Shown: piece after piece, positions 32,978-42,679 of the stretch | How positions within the stretch are numbered: the stretch's first letter is position 1 | Layout of the letters: the number at the start of each line of letters is the position of its first letter | DNA from: Methylotenera sp. | GTDB taxonomy: Bacteria; Pseudomonadota; Gammaproteobacteria; Burkholderiales; Methylophilaceae | Reading direction: 5' to 3' | Length of the DNA: 64,000 nucleotides | Assembly (NCBI GenBank): GCA_036676175.1 | Contig: JAKFDL010000023.1 | Location: 14,807 to 78,806, forward strand | The notes under the pieces: generated by a model | Database searches by the model: none | Told to the model about the DNA's origin: nothing | The model's input: the letters and a program-made list of their open reading frames with translations, nothing else | Made by a program: the position numbers and the translations under genes

Positions 32978-33463
32978 ATGCGCATTGTCCTTAAAAAATC
33001 AGCATTTACTGCTTTTGCAGGCTTGCTTATATTTTCAAGTAGTTTTTCATTTGCAGAGCAAAGTTTTGTAGATACTAAAACTGGCCAGCCCCTGAAAATT
33101 GATTCAGGCCTATTTAATACAGAACAGTCTAAGAAATTCCTCAGCACAGGTGAGAATCCATACAAGGGTAATGCAGAAGCCATCGCTAGTGGTAAAAAGC
33201 ATTATCAAAGCTACTCTTGTGCCCAATGTCACGGTGCACAAGCCCAAGGTCAGACCGCTGGTGGCATAACAGGCCCCAGATATAACCATTCCAAAACTGC
33301 TACAGATAAGGGCATGTTCGAAATCATTTGGGCTGGTACCAATAATGGCATGAGCGGTAAAGGCAAGGGCGTGATGGATCCGAGTGATCGTAACAACGGC
33401 TTATCACCCGATGAAGTGTTAAGGATGATGGCGTGGATTAGAAGTCAGCCTGCTGGAAAATAA
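32978..33463 (+). CDS. Periplasmic monoheme cytochrome c, cytochrome cL/XoxG-like
   Basis: Signal peptide, FLSTGENPY, CAQCH heme motif, TDKGMFE and a distal Met region; GAGGAG RBS before ATG 32978. Confidence 0.78.
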   Translation: MRIVLKKSAFTAFAGLLIFSSSFSFAEQSFVDTKTGQPLKIDSGLFNTEQSKKFLSTGENPYKGNAEAIASGKKHYQSYSCAQCHGAQAQGQTAGGITGPRYNHSKTATDKGMFEIIWAGTNNGMSGKGKGVMDPSDRNNGLSPDEVLRMMAWIRSQPAGK

Positions 33464-33466
33464 AGC

Positions 33467-33488
33467 CTTTCACTTTATTACGTGAAAG
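33467..33488. terminator. Weak hairpin between convergent cytochrome and fabG genes
   Basis: CTTTCAC-N8-GTGAAAG. Confidence 0.35.
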
Positions 33489-33539
33489 AAAAGCTCGCTA
33501 TCATGCAGGGCACTCTTTTACATTTTAATCATATTGAAT

Positions 33540-34259
33540 TTAAATCATGCCGCCGTTAATCGAGATGATTTGCCCTGTGATATAAGTCGCTTGATCTGAA
33601 ACAAGAAAACTCACCAAGTCGGCTACTTCCGTTGGGTTGCCAGCACGTTTCATCGGTACGATATTGGCGATCGCTTTAGCATCGAATGCGCTTTCGCTCA
33701 TGCTTGTATCAATAATACCTGGAGCGATGGCGTTCACGGTAATGCCTCTGCTTGCAACTTCTTGAGATAGCGATTTGGTTGCAGCATTTAATGCGCCTTT
33801 TGCCGCAGAATAGTTGGTCTGACCGCGATTACCAGTGATTGCAGCAACAGAAGACACATTCACGATACGCCCCCAGCGACTGCGTATCATGGGCATCATT
33901 AACGGTTGCGTCACATGAAAAAAGCCATGTACCGATACATCTATCACGCGATGCCATTGGTCTGGGCGCATGCCGGGAAACACTGCATCATCATGAATTC
34001 CGGCATTATTCACCAATATTTGGATAGATTCGTGTTCTACCAACGGAGCCAGCACCGCTATCACGGCGGCGCTGTCGGTTACGTCAAATTGCAAGGCTTC
34101 GGCACTAGCGCCTGCCGCACAAATTTCTGCCGCTAATTGCTGTGCGGTCGCAAAGCCTTGGTTGGCATGGATATAGACATGGTAGCCATCAACAGCAAGC
34201 CGGCGGCTAATGGCCGCACCAATACCACCACTACCACCTGTGACTAATGCTCTTTTCAT
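33540..34259 (-). CDS. fabG: 3-oxoacyl-ACP reductase (APE ketoreductase)
   Basis: TGGSGGIG, VNNAGI and NYSAAK. Confidence 0.92.
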   Translation of the reverse strand: MKRALVTGGSGGIGAAISRRLAVDGYHVYIHANQGFATAQQLAAEICAAGASAEALQFDVTDSAAVIAVLAPLVEHESIQILVNNAGIHDDAVFPGMRPDQWHRVIDVSVHGFFHVTQPLMMPMIRSRWGRIVNVSSVAAITGNRGQTNYSAAKGALNAATKSLSQEVASRGITVNAIAPGIIDTSMSESAFDAKAIANIVPMKRAGNPTEVADLVSFLVSDQATYITGQIISINGGMI

Positions 34260-34278
34260 ACGTTACTTTCTTCTACAT

Positions 34279-34737
34279 TCATAAGTTTGCAAGACTATCT
34301 GCATTTAATACCACAGCGGCACGTCCTTCTAGCAACACTTTATCGTTCGCACGCACCGTAAATTGATACAGCATATTGCTTTCATTCGCCATCATGCAAT
34401 TGGCTGTTATCACCAAATCTGTATTTACATCGTCAAGTCGTGTCACAGCCATCGTCACGCTACGCACACTGACCAGATAACCCACTTTAGGTCTTGAGCT
34501 ATTTGCAGGGGCCAATAAGGCACCATGCACTGCCATCGCTTGCGCTGCATACTCAATGCCGCAGGCAATGCCCAACTGGCTGTGGGCACGCAATGGGTTA
34601 TCAAGTGCTCGATGACTGTCAGCGATACATTCAATTTTCTCTTGATCCCAAGCTTGTACGTTCTTTAATAAACACATGCTGCCTTGATGTGGAATATGAC
34701 TTTCTATCCAAGCATGATTCAGGTCTTGATTCAACAT
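34279..34737 (-). CDS. Hotdog-fold 3-hydroxyacyl-ACP dehydratase
   Basis: IPHQGSMCLL and IEYAAQAMAVHG. Confidence 0.85.
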   Translation of the reverse strand: MLNQDLNHAWIESHIPHQGSMCLLKNVQAWDQEKIECIADSHRALDNPLRAHSQLGIACGIEYAAQAMAVHGALLAPANSSRPKVGYLVSVRSVTMAVTRLDDVNTDLVITANCMMANESNMLYQFTVRANDKVLLEGRAAVVLNADSLANL

Positions 34738-35543
34738 GGGCTGACCTCTATCGCTATGCGTGTATTACCAAGGTAATCTAGCACGACACGACGTTTTTTC
34801 TGTTGCGCGATTGCTTGCAACAAAGGTAAACCGCGCGCAGCGGGAATCGCCATGCGTAAAGTTTCCAGCGCCGTATCGCTAAACATGTCAGCCTTATCAT
34901 TGGTGATGCTGACTTTTATTTGGGTGATTGTTTTTTGGCTGGCTTGTGGCGCTAGCAGCAACGCTATACCACAGTTGTCGGGTATTGGTCGTTTGCTAAA
35001 CATCGGTTCAGGATATGGCGTATCACTGGCCATCAAGATGCAGCGCGTATCTTCAACCACAACTTGTGTCAAAGCGTCCAGTAAACCGGCACCGAAGCTT
35101 GCATCAAATGCGCACAACACCGACGAAGTTGCCATAGTTTCGGTAGCGATGCTCCAATAGCCTGCGGCAGCATTGTGTACGGAATTATGAAAGCGCGTGG
35201 GTGAAATCTGCCTGTCATTTGACGCCAGCATTTCGCAAATAGAATGGCAGTTAATACCATCACCGTTGGAAAAGGTGAACACACTAGGTAAATTTTCTTG
35301 CTGTAAGCCTGCCGCAGCGATAGCTTCCAGCGAAGTTGCCAATGTCAATTTGACGATGTCACTGGCTCGCCTGCGCTCTGCCGCTGGTAATAACTCAGGC
35401 GTTGGAATGACTGTTTTTGATGATTGGTATGGTTGTGATCCAACCAGAATGGCACGACTGCTAGGCCAGTCATTAAATCCAGGGCCTAATAGACCAATGC
35501 CTTCAATATAGGCGGCCAATTCTATTCTTTGTTCTGTCGCCAT
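34731..35543 (-). CDS. Ketosynthase chain-length factor
   Basis: ERRR and SPTRFHNSVHNAAAGYWSI; no catalytic Cys motif. Confidence 0.87.
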   Translation of the reverse strand: MATEQRIELAAYIEGIGLLGPGFNDWPSSRAILVGSQPYQSSKTVIPTPELLPAAERRRASDIVKLTLATSLEAIAAAGLQQENLPSVFTFSNGDGINCHSICEMLASNDRQISPTRFHNSVHNAAAGYWSIATETMATSSVLCAFDASFGAGLLDALTQVVVEDTRCILMASDTPYPEPMFSKRPIPDNCGIALLLAPQASQKTITQIKVSITNDKADMFSDTALETLRMAIPAARGLPLLQAIAQQKKRRVVLDYLGNTRIAIEVSPC

Positions 35544-36754
35544 TAAACAAGCCTTTCAGCTTGAGCCAGCCCAAAAATTAAACTGCAATTAGTGCCGCCA
35601 AAGCCAAATGAATTACTCATGGCACGATACAAAGTTTGGTCTCGATTTTTCAGTTGGTAATTCAAACCCAGCAATGGGTCAGTTTCATTCGTATTGAGTC
35701 CGCCAGGGATAAATCCGTGTTGTAAAGCAAGCGCACAAATCACGGCTTCCACTGCCCCCGCGGCGCCCAAGGTATGGCCAGTAGCACCCTTGCTAGAACT
35801 GCAAGGCGGCGTACCTTGACCAAACACCGCAATCACTGCCTTGGCTTCAGCCGCATCATTACTGGGTGTAGCGGTGCCATGCAGGTTGATGTAGTCAATA
35901 TCAGTCGGTACTAACCCAGCGCTTTGCAGCGCCTGTTGCATCGCCATGCGCGCACCCAAGCCCTCTGGATGAGGGGATGACATATGATAGGCATCGCTGG
36001 ATTCACCAGTGCCAAGTAATAAAACTGCATCTGCCTGCAAATTCGAATCTGGTCTTTCTAATAAAGCAAAAGCCGCAGCCTCACCAATCGAGATACCATC
36101 GCGCGCGATGTCATAGGGACGGCAGGCTTGTGTAGAAAGCAGCCCCAAAGAATTGAAACCGTATAAGGTCGTCAAACACAAGGTATCCACCCCCCCAACC
36201 ACCGCAGCATCTATCAAGCCAGTTTCTATCATACGTCGTGCTGCACTAAACACCTTGGCACTGGATGAGCAAGCCGATGATACGACTACAGCAGGCCCAG
36301 TAAGCTTGAAGTACCGTCGTGTAAAATCTGCAACGGAGTAAGTATTTTGCGTCTTGCCATAAATAAAATCGGCAGGGAGCGCCCCAGTTTCAGGGTTGCG
36401 GTTGCGAAAAGCCAGCTCAGTTTCCAGGATGCCTGAAGTGCTGGTACCTATAAAGACGCCGACACGGTCGCGCCCATATTTTTCTGCGGCAGAGTTGACC
36501 GCATCACTGAAGCCATCTTGTTCTAATCCTAACTGCGCCAGGCGATTGTTACGACAATCATAATCGGTCATGTCTGGTGCCATTTTCACAGTATCGACAC
36601 CCTCGACCTCGCCAATAAAAGTGGTTAAATCTACCGTTTCGAAGTCGCAAGGTTTGAGCGCTTTACGACCTTGTTGCAAGGCATCTAATGTCGGTCGCAA
36701 GCCACGTCCGATGCAGCTAGTAGCTGTAAAATGTGAAAGCAATAGCGGTTTCAA
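35543..36754 (-). CDS. Aryl polyene beta-ketoacyl-ACP synthase
   Basis: DCRNNRLA, catalytic SSACSSS, INLHGTAT, SKGATGHTLGA and SNSFGFGG. Confidence 0.92.
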   Translation of the reverse strand: MKPLLLSHFTATSCIGRGLRPTLDALQQGRKALKPCDFETVDLTTFIGEVEGVDTVKMAPDMTDYDCRNNRLAQLGLEQDGFSDAVNSAAEKYGRDRVGVFIGTSTSGILETELAFRNRNPETGALPADFIYGKTQNTYSVADFTRRYFKLTGPAVVVSSACSSSAKVFSAARRMIETGLIDAAVVGGVDTLCLTTLYGFNSLGLLSTQACRPYDIARDGISIGEAAAFALLERPDSNLQADAVLLLGTGESSDAYHMSSPHPEGLGARMAMQQALQSAGLVPTDIDYINLHGTATPSNDAAEAKAVIAVFGQGTPPCSSSKGATGHTLGAAGAVEAVICALALQHGFIPGGLNTNETDPLLGLNYQLKNRDQTLYRAMSNSFGFGGTNCSLIFGLAQAERLV

Positions 36755-36855
36755 AGAGGGGCTCTAGACTTTCTGTGTAAGGGTAATAAATTTAGCAACA
36801 TTAAGTTGAGTAGTATTAAGTATAACGGTACGCATGGCATTATTATAAGGGCTAT

Positions 36856-37668
36856 TCATAAAGCAGCTTCCCGCAAAGTCACGAAGTGCAGGTTTTGCTG
36901 TTTGGCAGCATCCAGTAAAGCTGGCAACACTGCCAGTATGATGGGTATGTTCATTTTAGTCCGTGCTGCATTACCATCGTGTAACAATAAAATAGCCCCA
37001 GGGCGCAAGCCTGCTGACAATTTATTTATCACTTTGTCTGCGTCACCAATTTTAGTATCAAAGGCACGCACCGACCAACTTGCGAGCTGTAAACCTAGAC
37101 TCCTCAATGCAGGTTCCAAAAATGGATTGCGTAAACCAGCGGGTGCACGAAAAAACTGAGGAGTCTCGCCAGTAATACCGGATATGATTTTCTGTGCTGC
37201 CTCGATTTCACAGATAAGTCTATTTGTCCCTAACAGCGAGAAATAATAGCGATGTTGTTGGCTATGATTCTCTACTGCATGCCCACGTCGCACAATCTCC
37301 CGACATAATTCAGCCTGTTGTGCAGCTTTGTTACCAATACAAAAAAAGGTGGCCTTGACATGGAAGTGCTCCAATATATCAAGCACTTGTGGTGTTACTA
37401 AAGGGTCAGGACCATCATCAATGGTGAGGGCGATTTCATTTCGTTGAGCAGCAGCAGCCGGTAGTCGAGTCCAGTTTGGCCCCAACCAGTGACTGCGTGG
37501 CCATAAACCCACAGCGGTAATCAGCAGGTGATTCATGACAAACAGCGTGAGCGCCCATGGCCATAGATGTGGCAAGACCAATACGCTCATCAATAACAGT
37601 AAATGCAAGGCCACTGATAGCTTAATCAGCCAAGAAGAGTACCAGGACACTTTACTAGGGCTATTCAT
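36856..37668 (-). CDS. Polysaccharide deacetylase family protein
   Basis: LTIDDGP, NHSQQH, FRAPAG and LLHDG. Confidence 0.88.
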   Translation of the reverse strand: MNSPSKVSWYSSWLIKLSVALHLLLLMSVLVLPHLWPWALTLFVMNHLLITAVGLWPRSHWLGPNWTRLPAAAAQRNEIALTIDDGPDPLVTPQVLDILEHFHVKATFFCIGNKAAQQAELCREIVRRGHAVENHSQQHRYYFSLLGTNRLICEIEAAQKIISGITGETPQFFRAPAGLRNPFLEPALRSLGLQLASWSVRAFDTKIGDADKVINKLSAGLRPGAILLLHDGNAARTKMNIPIILAVLPALLDAAKQQNLHFVTLREAAL

Positions 37669-38342
37669 CAGTTGTTGTTACACGTGGTTTCTTTAACAAA
37701 GCGTTTATCTAAAAAGTTGTGCCATAAGCATAACCATACTGGCCATACATGACCGCCTGAAATTCTGTCAACATGCGCTACCGGTAGTGCTTGTGCCATC
37801 ATGAAATGGCTTTTGGCAAAACGGTCGTCTTCACCATAGCCTAAATGTATTTCAATATCCTTAGCATTTGCGTTGGCTTTCAGCCAACGCCAGTTACCTA
37901 GTTCGGTATCATCATCTGCAACAGCTTCTGGTAGCCATTCCATTATGCCCCCCGCCTGCGCAATTTCGCCAGTCGTGATGCGGTTGCCGGGATAGGGTGC
38001 TAACAGTAGCAAACCTGCCAGTTTTGCTGGATAACGATTGGCATAAGCGATTGTTACATAACCGCCTATGGAAATACCAGCCAGCCAGATATTTTTATAG
38101 CCTTTGCTCAGTGCGGGTTGAATCAAGTGGGTATCGATTTCAGTTAAGGCGGTTTGATCGGCAATATGATGAAACGATAACTCTGCCATCATTAAATCAA
38201 TCGGTAATTGACGCTCTTGTACCGCTGTGACGAAACCTTCCTTGATAAAATCTTCTGGCAGATGATAAGCACCAGGCAGCAATATAACGAGCGTTTCGGC
38301 GTGTTGTCTAGGCTGTGCCAGATAGCTTAGTTGGCGCATCAA
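37668..38342 (-). CDS. Alpha/beta hydrolase-fold protein
   Basis: Nucleophile elbow GISIGG, GEDDRF and GGHVW. Confidence 0.75.
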   Translation of the reverse strand: MMRQLSYLAQPRQHAETLVILLPGAYHLPEDFIKEGFVTAVQERQLPIDLMMAELSFHHIADQTALTEIDTHLIQPALSKGYKNIWLAGISIGGYVTIAYANRYPAKLAGLLLLAPYPGNRITTGEIAQAGGIMEWLPEAVADDDTELGNWRWLKANANAKDIEIHLGYGEDDRFAKSHFMMAQALPVAHVDRISGGHVWPVWLCLWHNFLDKRFVKETTCNNN

Positions 38343-40753
38343 GGCCTGTTTTCCTGTTTAGAACTGCTGCGAGCAAATACTGCCGAGAACACCAGCGCAA
38401 GTATGACGCCCGGCGCTACAGTGACTCCCATTGCCTGCAATACAGGTACGCTGGAAAATGCCAACAGACCAAACCCCAGCACCGTCGCAACATTGGCAAA
38501 CAATAGCGATGCATAAGTGCGCGGGGAAATTTCCGGTGTTTGTTGGTTAAGTGGTGGGTTAAAGAATAGCGCGTAGTTAGAGCCTATGGCTACAATCAGC
38601 AACAAGCCAATTAAGTGCAATATAATCAATTGCTGTCCCACTAATGCCAATCCTGCGCTAACAGTCAGCACAGAGGCAGCCAGTGGGGCAATGACCGTCA
38701 TCACATGCATAGGTGAACGCAACACAAACAGCAGCAGTATCACAATCGCTAATAAGCCAGCCAGCGATAACAAGATAGCTTCATGCATGTAAGATGAATA
38801 CAAGCGGTTGGATTCAGTTTTCATATCAATGAACAATGCGTTTGCAACCTTTGCTTGGGTTAAGGCCTTGTGCACTTGGTCGGCATCAAGGTTACCAGTT
38901 TCAGCCGCAGTTAAAGGCACCAGTGCGCTCCAGCGCTGACCCTGTTGTAGCAACATCGCATCTACTGCCATTGCCATTGACGTCCCTTCTAAGTCACTAC
39001 GTTGCAGCAGAGGTTGATTACGGACAGTTTCTACATCTTGCAGGAAAGGTGCAAATACTTTGGCGCGGACTGGTAAATCTTGAATGGCCTGCACTAGTCT
39101 GGGTTTTAATTCTGCAGCAACTGGCAAGCTGGCCAGTCGTGCCTGCTGAGTGCTTTGACTGGGCAGGTAATGGCTGGCGCTATCGAAGCTGGTGAGTACT
39201 CCCTTCGCCACTAATGGTTGCAACGCTCTCGACACTTTTTCAGTAGCAACAAGCACCGCTTCCTGACTATCCCCAGAAACCACAACTACGTAACGTACAT
39301 CAGGCGCACCCATACCCGCACGCAACCTAGTATCAAGCGCCTGGTCAGCTGCGGACACTGGGCTCAAAGCTGAAAGTTCGGTGCCCCATAAGTCATGATG
39401 GTGTTGGTAAACCACGACACTGGATGCCACGATGAGCCCGATTGCTGGCCAACGTAAGTGCCGAGCCAGCACTGCCCAATGCGATAATTTTAATCCAGCT
39501 TTGGTGACGTCCTGAATTTGAAAGCCAGCCGGCAGCAAATGTGGCAATACATAACGCGTCATCGCTGCGGCAGCAATCAAGCCGGCTGTTGAATACAAAC
39601 CAAGTTGTGCTAAACCTGGAAACCCCGATAACAATAATGCGACAAAGCCGAATACAGAAGTGAGGACGCCAAGCCGGACGGTCGGCCATACCTGCTTTAC
39701 CCATTGTTTACGGTTCGGTTCGTTATCAGTATTTGCGGCATAATTCGATTGCATGAATAAATAGATGGAATAATCGACTGCCTCACCAATTAAAGCCGTA
39801 CCAAAACCCAGTGTTATACCATGTACAACCCCAAATCCTAGGCTGACGGAGGCGATGCCTGCCAATATGCCTGTGGCTACTGGCAGAAAACCTAGCAGCA
39901 AGGCTGATAACGAACGATAAACCGCCAACAGCAGAATTGCGATAAGCAAAGTACTAATGACAAATATCAGTCGGACTTGGCTTTTAATGCTATCGCGGGA
40001 CACCACTGAGAAGACGCCAGGTCCAGTCATTAACAATTTTGGGCGGTTTGCCAAACCATGGCCGATACTAGCAGACGCTTTGCTGAACGCACCTTCAATG
40101 ATCTGTATTGCCTGCTTTTGCGCATCGGTATCAGAGCCTAAAGCCCGTGTCTGAATCAGCAATAAGGCGGTCTTGCCATCACGCGATGCCCAGGCGCCTT
40201 CTATCATTTGTGGACGGCTACCCGCATTGAATTGATCTAGCAGTTGCAGCATTTCACCTGTAGGATCGTGTGGCAACAACGACTTGAACAATAAACCAGC
40301 TGGGGAGGCGATCTGGTCAATGCTGTCGCTAATTGCCGTGCGTAGGCCATCTTCAGTGAAACGTTCGGGCGTCACAGCCGGGCTTAGCAGATAACGGTTG
40401 TTGAACAGATAATTGCGATCACGCTCGGCGGTGACAGGCTCTCCATTGTTAACCGAGATGAATGCAGGATTATTGCGCAGTGACTGTGCAACTTCTTTGG
40501 AAATCTTTGCACGCGTACTTGCGTCCGCATCTTCTATGCCTACCAGTATCAGTCGGGAGGCTAGGCCATCTTTAAGCTGATCCATTAGTAGTTGCTGCTC
40601 GGCAGTCGGGGTGCTCGGCAGGAAAGCTGACAGGTCGGCAGTAAAGTGGCTGCGGCTAATAATGACCAGACTCACGATTAGCATGACTAGCCAAACCGCG
40701 ATTGCGCTCTTAGCTTTTATACTAAGACGGCGTTGCAATGCAGTTAAACTCAT
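38339..40753 (-). CDS. MMPL/RND-like exporter (aryl polyene cluster)
   Basis: DLSAFLP, two TM bundles with GEAVDYSIY and IGSNYALF. Confidence 0.88.
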   Translation of the reverse strand: MSLTALQRRLSIKAKSAIAVWLVMLIVSLVIISRSHFTADLSAFLPSTPTAEQQLLMDQLKDGLASRLILVGIEDADASTRAKISKEVAQSLRNNPAFISVNNGEPVTAERDRNYLFNNRYLLSPAVTPERFTEDGLRTAISDSIDQIASPAGLLFKSLLPHDPTGEMLQLLDQFNAGSRPQMIEGAWASRDGKTALLLIQTRALGSDTDAQKQAIQIIEGAFSKASASIGHGLANRPKLLMTGPGVFSVVSRDSIKSQVRLIFVISTLLIAILLLAVYRSLSALLLGFLPVATGILAGIASVSLGFGVVHGITLGFGTALIGEAVDYSIYLFMQSNYAANTDNEPNRKQWVKQVWPTVRLGVLTSVFGFVALLLSGFPGLAQLGLYSTAGLIAAAAMTRYVLPHLLPAGFQIQDVTKAGLKLSHWAVLARHLRWPAIGLIVASSVVVYQHHHDLWGTELSALSPVSAADQALDTRLRAGMGAPDVRYVVVVSGDSQEAVLVATEKVSRALQPLVAKGVLTSFDSASHYLPSQSTQQARLASLPVAAELKPRLVQAIQDLPVRAKVFAPFLQDVETVRNQPLLQRSDLEGTSMAMAVDAMLLQQGQRWSALVPLTAAETGNLDADQVHKALTQAKVANALFIDMKTESNRLYSSYMHEAILLSLAGLLAIVILLLFVLRSPMHVMTVIAPLAASVLTVSAGLALVGQQLIILHLIGLLLIVAIGSNYALFFNPPLNQQTPEISPRTYASLLFANVATVLGFGLLAFSSVPVLQAMGVTVAPGVILALVFSAVFARSSSKQENRP

Positions 40754-40791
40754 AAGGTGGTCAGCTTCAGGAATGGCAACAATAAGCTAAC

Positions 40792-41394
40792 TTAAAGCGA
40801 TGGCAATGGGGTGATGGTCATTTGCGAGTTGTCACCATCAGCCTGTAAAATGTTGATGGTTTGTAGCACATTACCTGAACCTGCAATGCTGATTTTAGCC
40901 ACTATCTTTTTCATTTTATTTTCTATTGGCAGTAAAGTAAGGTTCCAGTTTTGCTGGTCGCCTTCAATAGTTAACTGATAATTACGCTCTAAGGCCTTGC
41001 GATCACCTGCGAGCGTACCGCGGATGCTGTCAATAAATGCAGCGACTTCAGGGTAGTTATGCAGTGGTAATACCCGTTTTTTGCCACGCTGCTCTACAAT
41101 CAACTTATCCTTATCCAGTACCATGCTCTCAAGTTTAGGTTTTAAGGTGCGCTTTTCCAGGCGGTCTGGCGCGCTGTAAAATAATTCACCAGATGATTCC
41201 ACCGGCTTTTCAAGAATGGCGATGGATTTTATTTCAACAAAGCTTGCATGCCCGGAACGTGTGGTAGCCAGCGACTGCATCAGTTGCTCTATGTCCCAGG
41301 TGCTTTCTGCATGGCTAAGGACGGCAAACAACAATATGCATGAGAAGAGCGCGAGTTGTAAAAAACTGCCATGTTTTAATTTGATTATAGTCAT
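40792..41394 (-). CDS. LolA-like periplasmic carrier
   Basis: Signal peptide, FVEIK, SSGELFYSAPDRLEKRT. Confidence 0.82.
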   Translation of the reverse strand: MTIIKLKHGSFLQLALFSCILLFAVLSHAESTWDIEQLMQSLATTRSGHASFVEIKSIAILEKPVESSGELFYSAPDRLEKRTLKPKLESMVLDKDKLIVEQRGKKRVLPLHNYPEVAAFIDSIRGTLAGDRKALERNYQLTIEGDQQNWNLTLLPIENKMKKIVAKISIAGSGNVLQTINILQADGDNSQMTITPLPSL

Positions 41395-42386
41395 AAAACT
41401 TTATTTACCTTGTCGTTTAAAGAGCATGGCACAGATTGCCAGTAATCAAAAAAGTTAAACCAATTATAAGGAGCTAAGCGCGTGTAACGATTTAGCAACT
41501 CGGTATAACGCGCAATCGCCATATCTACCGCTTGGTCGCGTTGACCTTGGGGGATATCTGAAAAATCTGCCAGTGTCTCAAAATGTACTTGGTAGCGATT
41601 TCCCCCCATATATAATCCCACCATGAACACGACCGGGCGGCGCAACAAGGCGGCCATGCGAAATGGGCCAGTGGGTAACCCAGCGCTAGTGCCCAGCAAA
41701 TTGATTGGTGCCATAGGTTCATTCCCCAATGTACGGTCTGACAGCATGCCTACTAGCATGCCATCATCAAGCCGTTCTTGCACTTGAAGCATAGAATCGA
41801 TATGTCCTAAGGGGATAACGTCCATAGCGGCTTCTGGGTTGATAGCAGCTAACATGGAATTGATTTTTTGTGCATTGTCTTCATGCATGACCATCGCGAC
41901 TCGCAAGCCTGGAACCTGTCGACCGATCGCGCGCATCACCTCGAAGCTGCCAAGATGTGCACCCATTAAAAATACACCCTTGCCTGCATCAATCAGTGGG
42001 CGGATATGTTCCTTACCCTGAAGGTCGATATCGAATAAATCATAACTTCGGTTAACCAGGTAGATGCGATCATGAATGGTGGCAGCAAAGTAGAAAAAAT
42101 GTCGGTATAAATCTAGCAAGGTAGCCGGACGCCCTAATGCACGCGGCAGGTAATTGAGTGAGGCACGGCGACTATCGGGGGCAAATAACACAAAATAAAG
42201 TGCAACTAAATGTAGTACCGAACGGGCAGCTCCGCGACCTAGTCGCAGAGATATCCAGCTCATGATGCGTAGCATCGGCATATTGCTGCGTTCTTGCCGT
42301 TTGAGCCAAGTCGCAGGAGATTTTATGTGATCTCTTTTGGTCGCCGCTGTCATGTTAAGACTCTGAAGCTTGCTGCCTTGCAACAA
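41391..42386 (-). CDS. LpxL-like acyltransferase (aryl polyene cluster)
   Basis: QERSN, GAHLGSFE, MLSDR and PYNWFNFFDYW. Confidence 0.85.
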   Translation of the reverse strand: MLQGSKLQSLNMTAATKRDHIKSPATWLKRQERSNMPMLRIMSWISLRLGRGAARSVLHLVALYFVLFAPDSRRASLNYLPRALGRPATLLDLYRHFFYFAATIHDRIYLVNRSYDLFDIDLQGKEHIRPLIDAGKGVFLMGAHLGSFEVMRAIGRQVPGLRVAMVMHEDNAQKINSMLAAINPEAAMDVIPLGHIDSMLQVQERLDDGMLVGMLSDRTLGNEPMAPINLLGTSAGLPTGPFRMAALLRRPVVFMVGLYMGGNRYQVHFETLADFSDIPQGQRDQAVDMAIARYTELLNRYTRLAPYNWFNFFDYWQSVPCSLNDKVNKVL

Positions 42387-42669
42387 GGTTGCCAGTCACA
42401 ATATGGCGGTTACCTTTTAACACTTCAAATTTTAATGCGCCATTTGCCAGTTGCTCATGTTCAATGATCACCGTCTCATTGGGTTTTAGCGGGCTCAAAA
42501 ACTTGACGGATGCGATTTGCCAAGCAGTCGCAGTCAATCCGGTATCAATCGCAATGGCATGCATGACTTCATCTAGCAGCACGACGCCAGGCACAATCGG
42601 CGTACCTGGAAAATGTCCTGCGAAAGCAGGGTGATCTATCGGTAATTTTAGGAGCGTTTGCTTTTTCAT
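42355..42669 (-). CDS. FabA/FabZ-like dehydratase domain protein
   Basis: HPAFAGHFPGTPIVPGVVLL. Confidence 0.85.
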   Translation of the reverse strand: MKKQTLLKLPIDHPAFAGHFPGTPIVPGVVLLDEVMHAIAIDTGLTATAWQIASVKFLSPLKPNETVIIEHEQLANGALKFEVLKGNRHIVTGNLVARQQASES

Positions 42670-42679
42670 ATTGGGCTTT

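Noticed and set aside
36755-36855. Remnant of a methyltransferase between the deacetylase and KS genes
   Set aside because: The roughly 100-bp AT-rich spacer shows no recognisable coding remnant.
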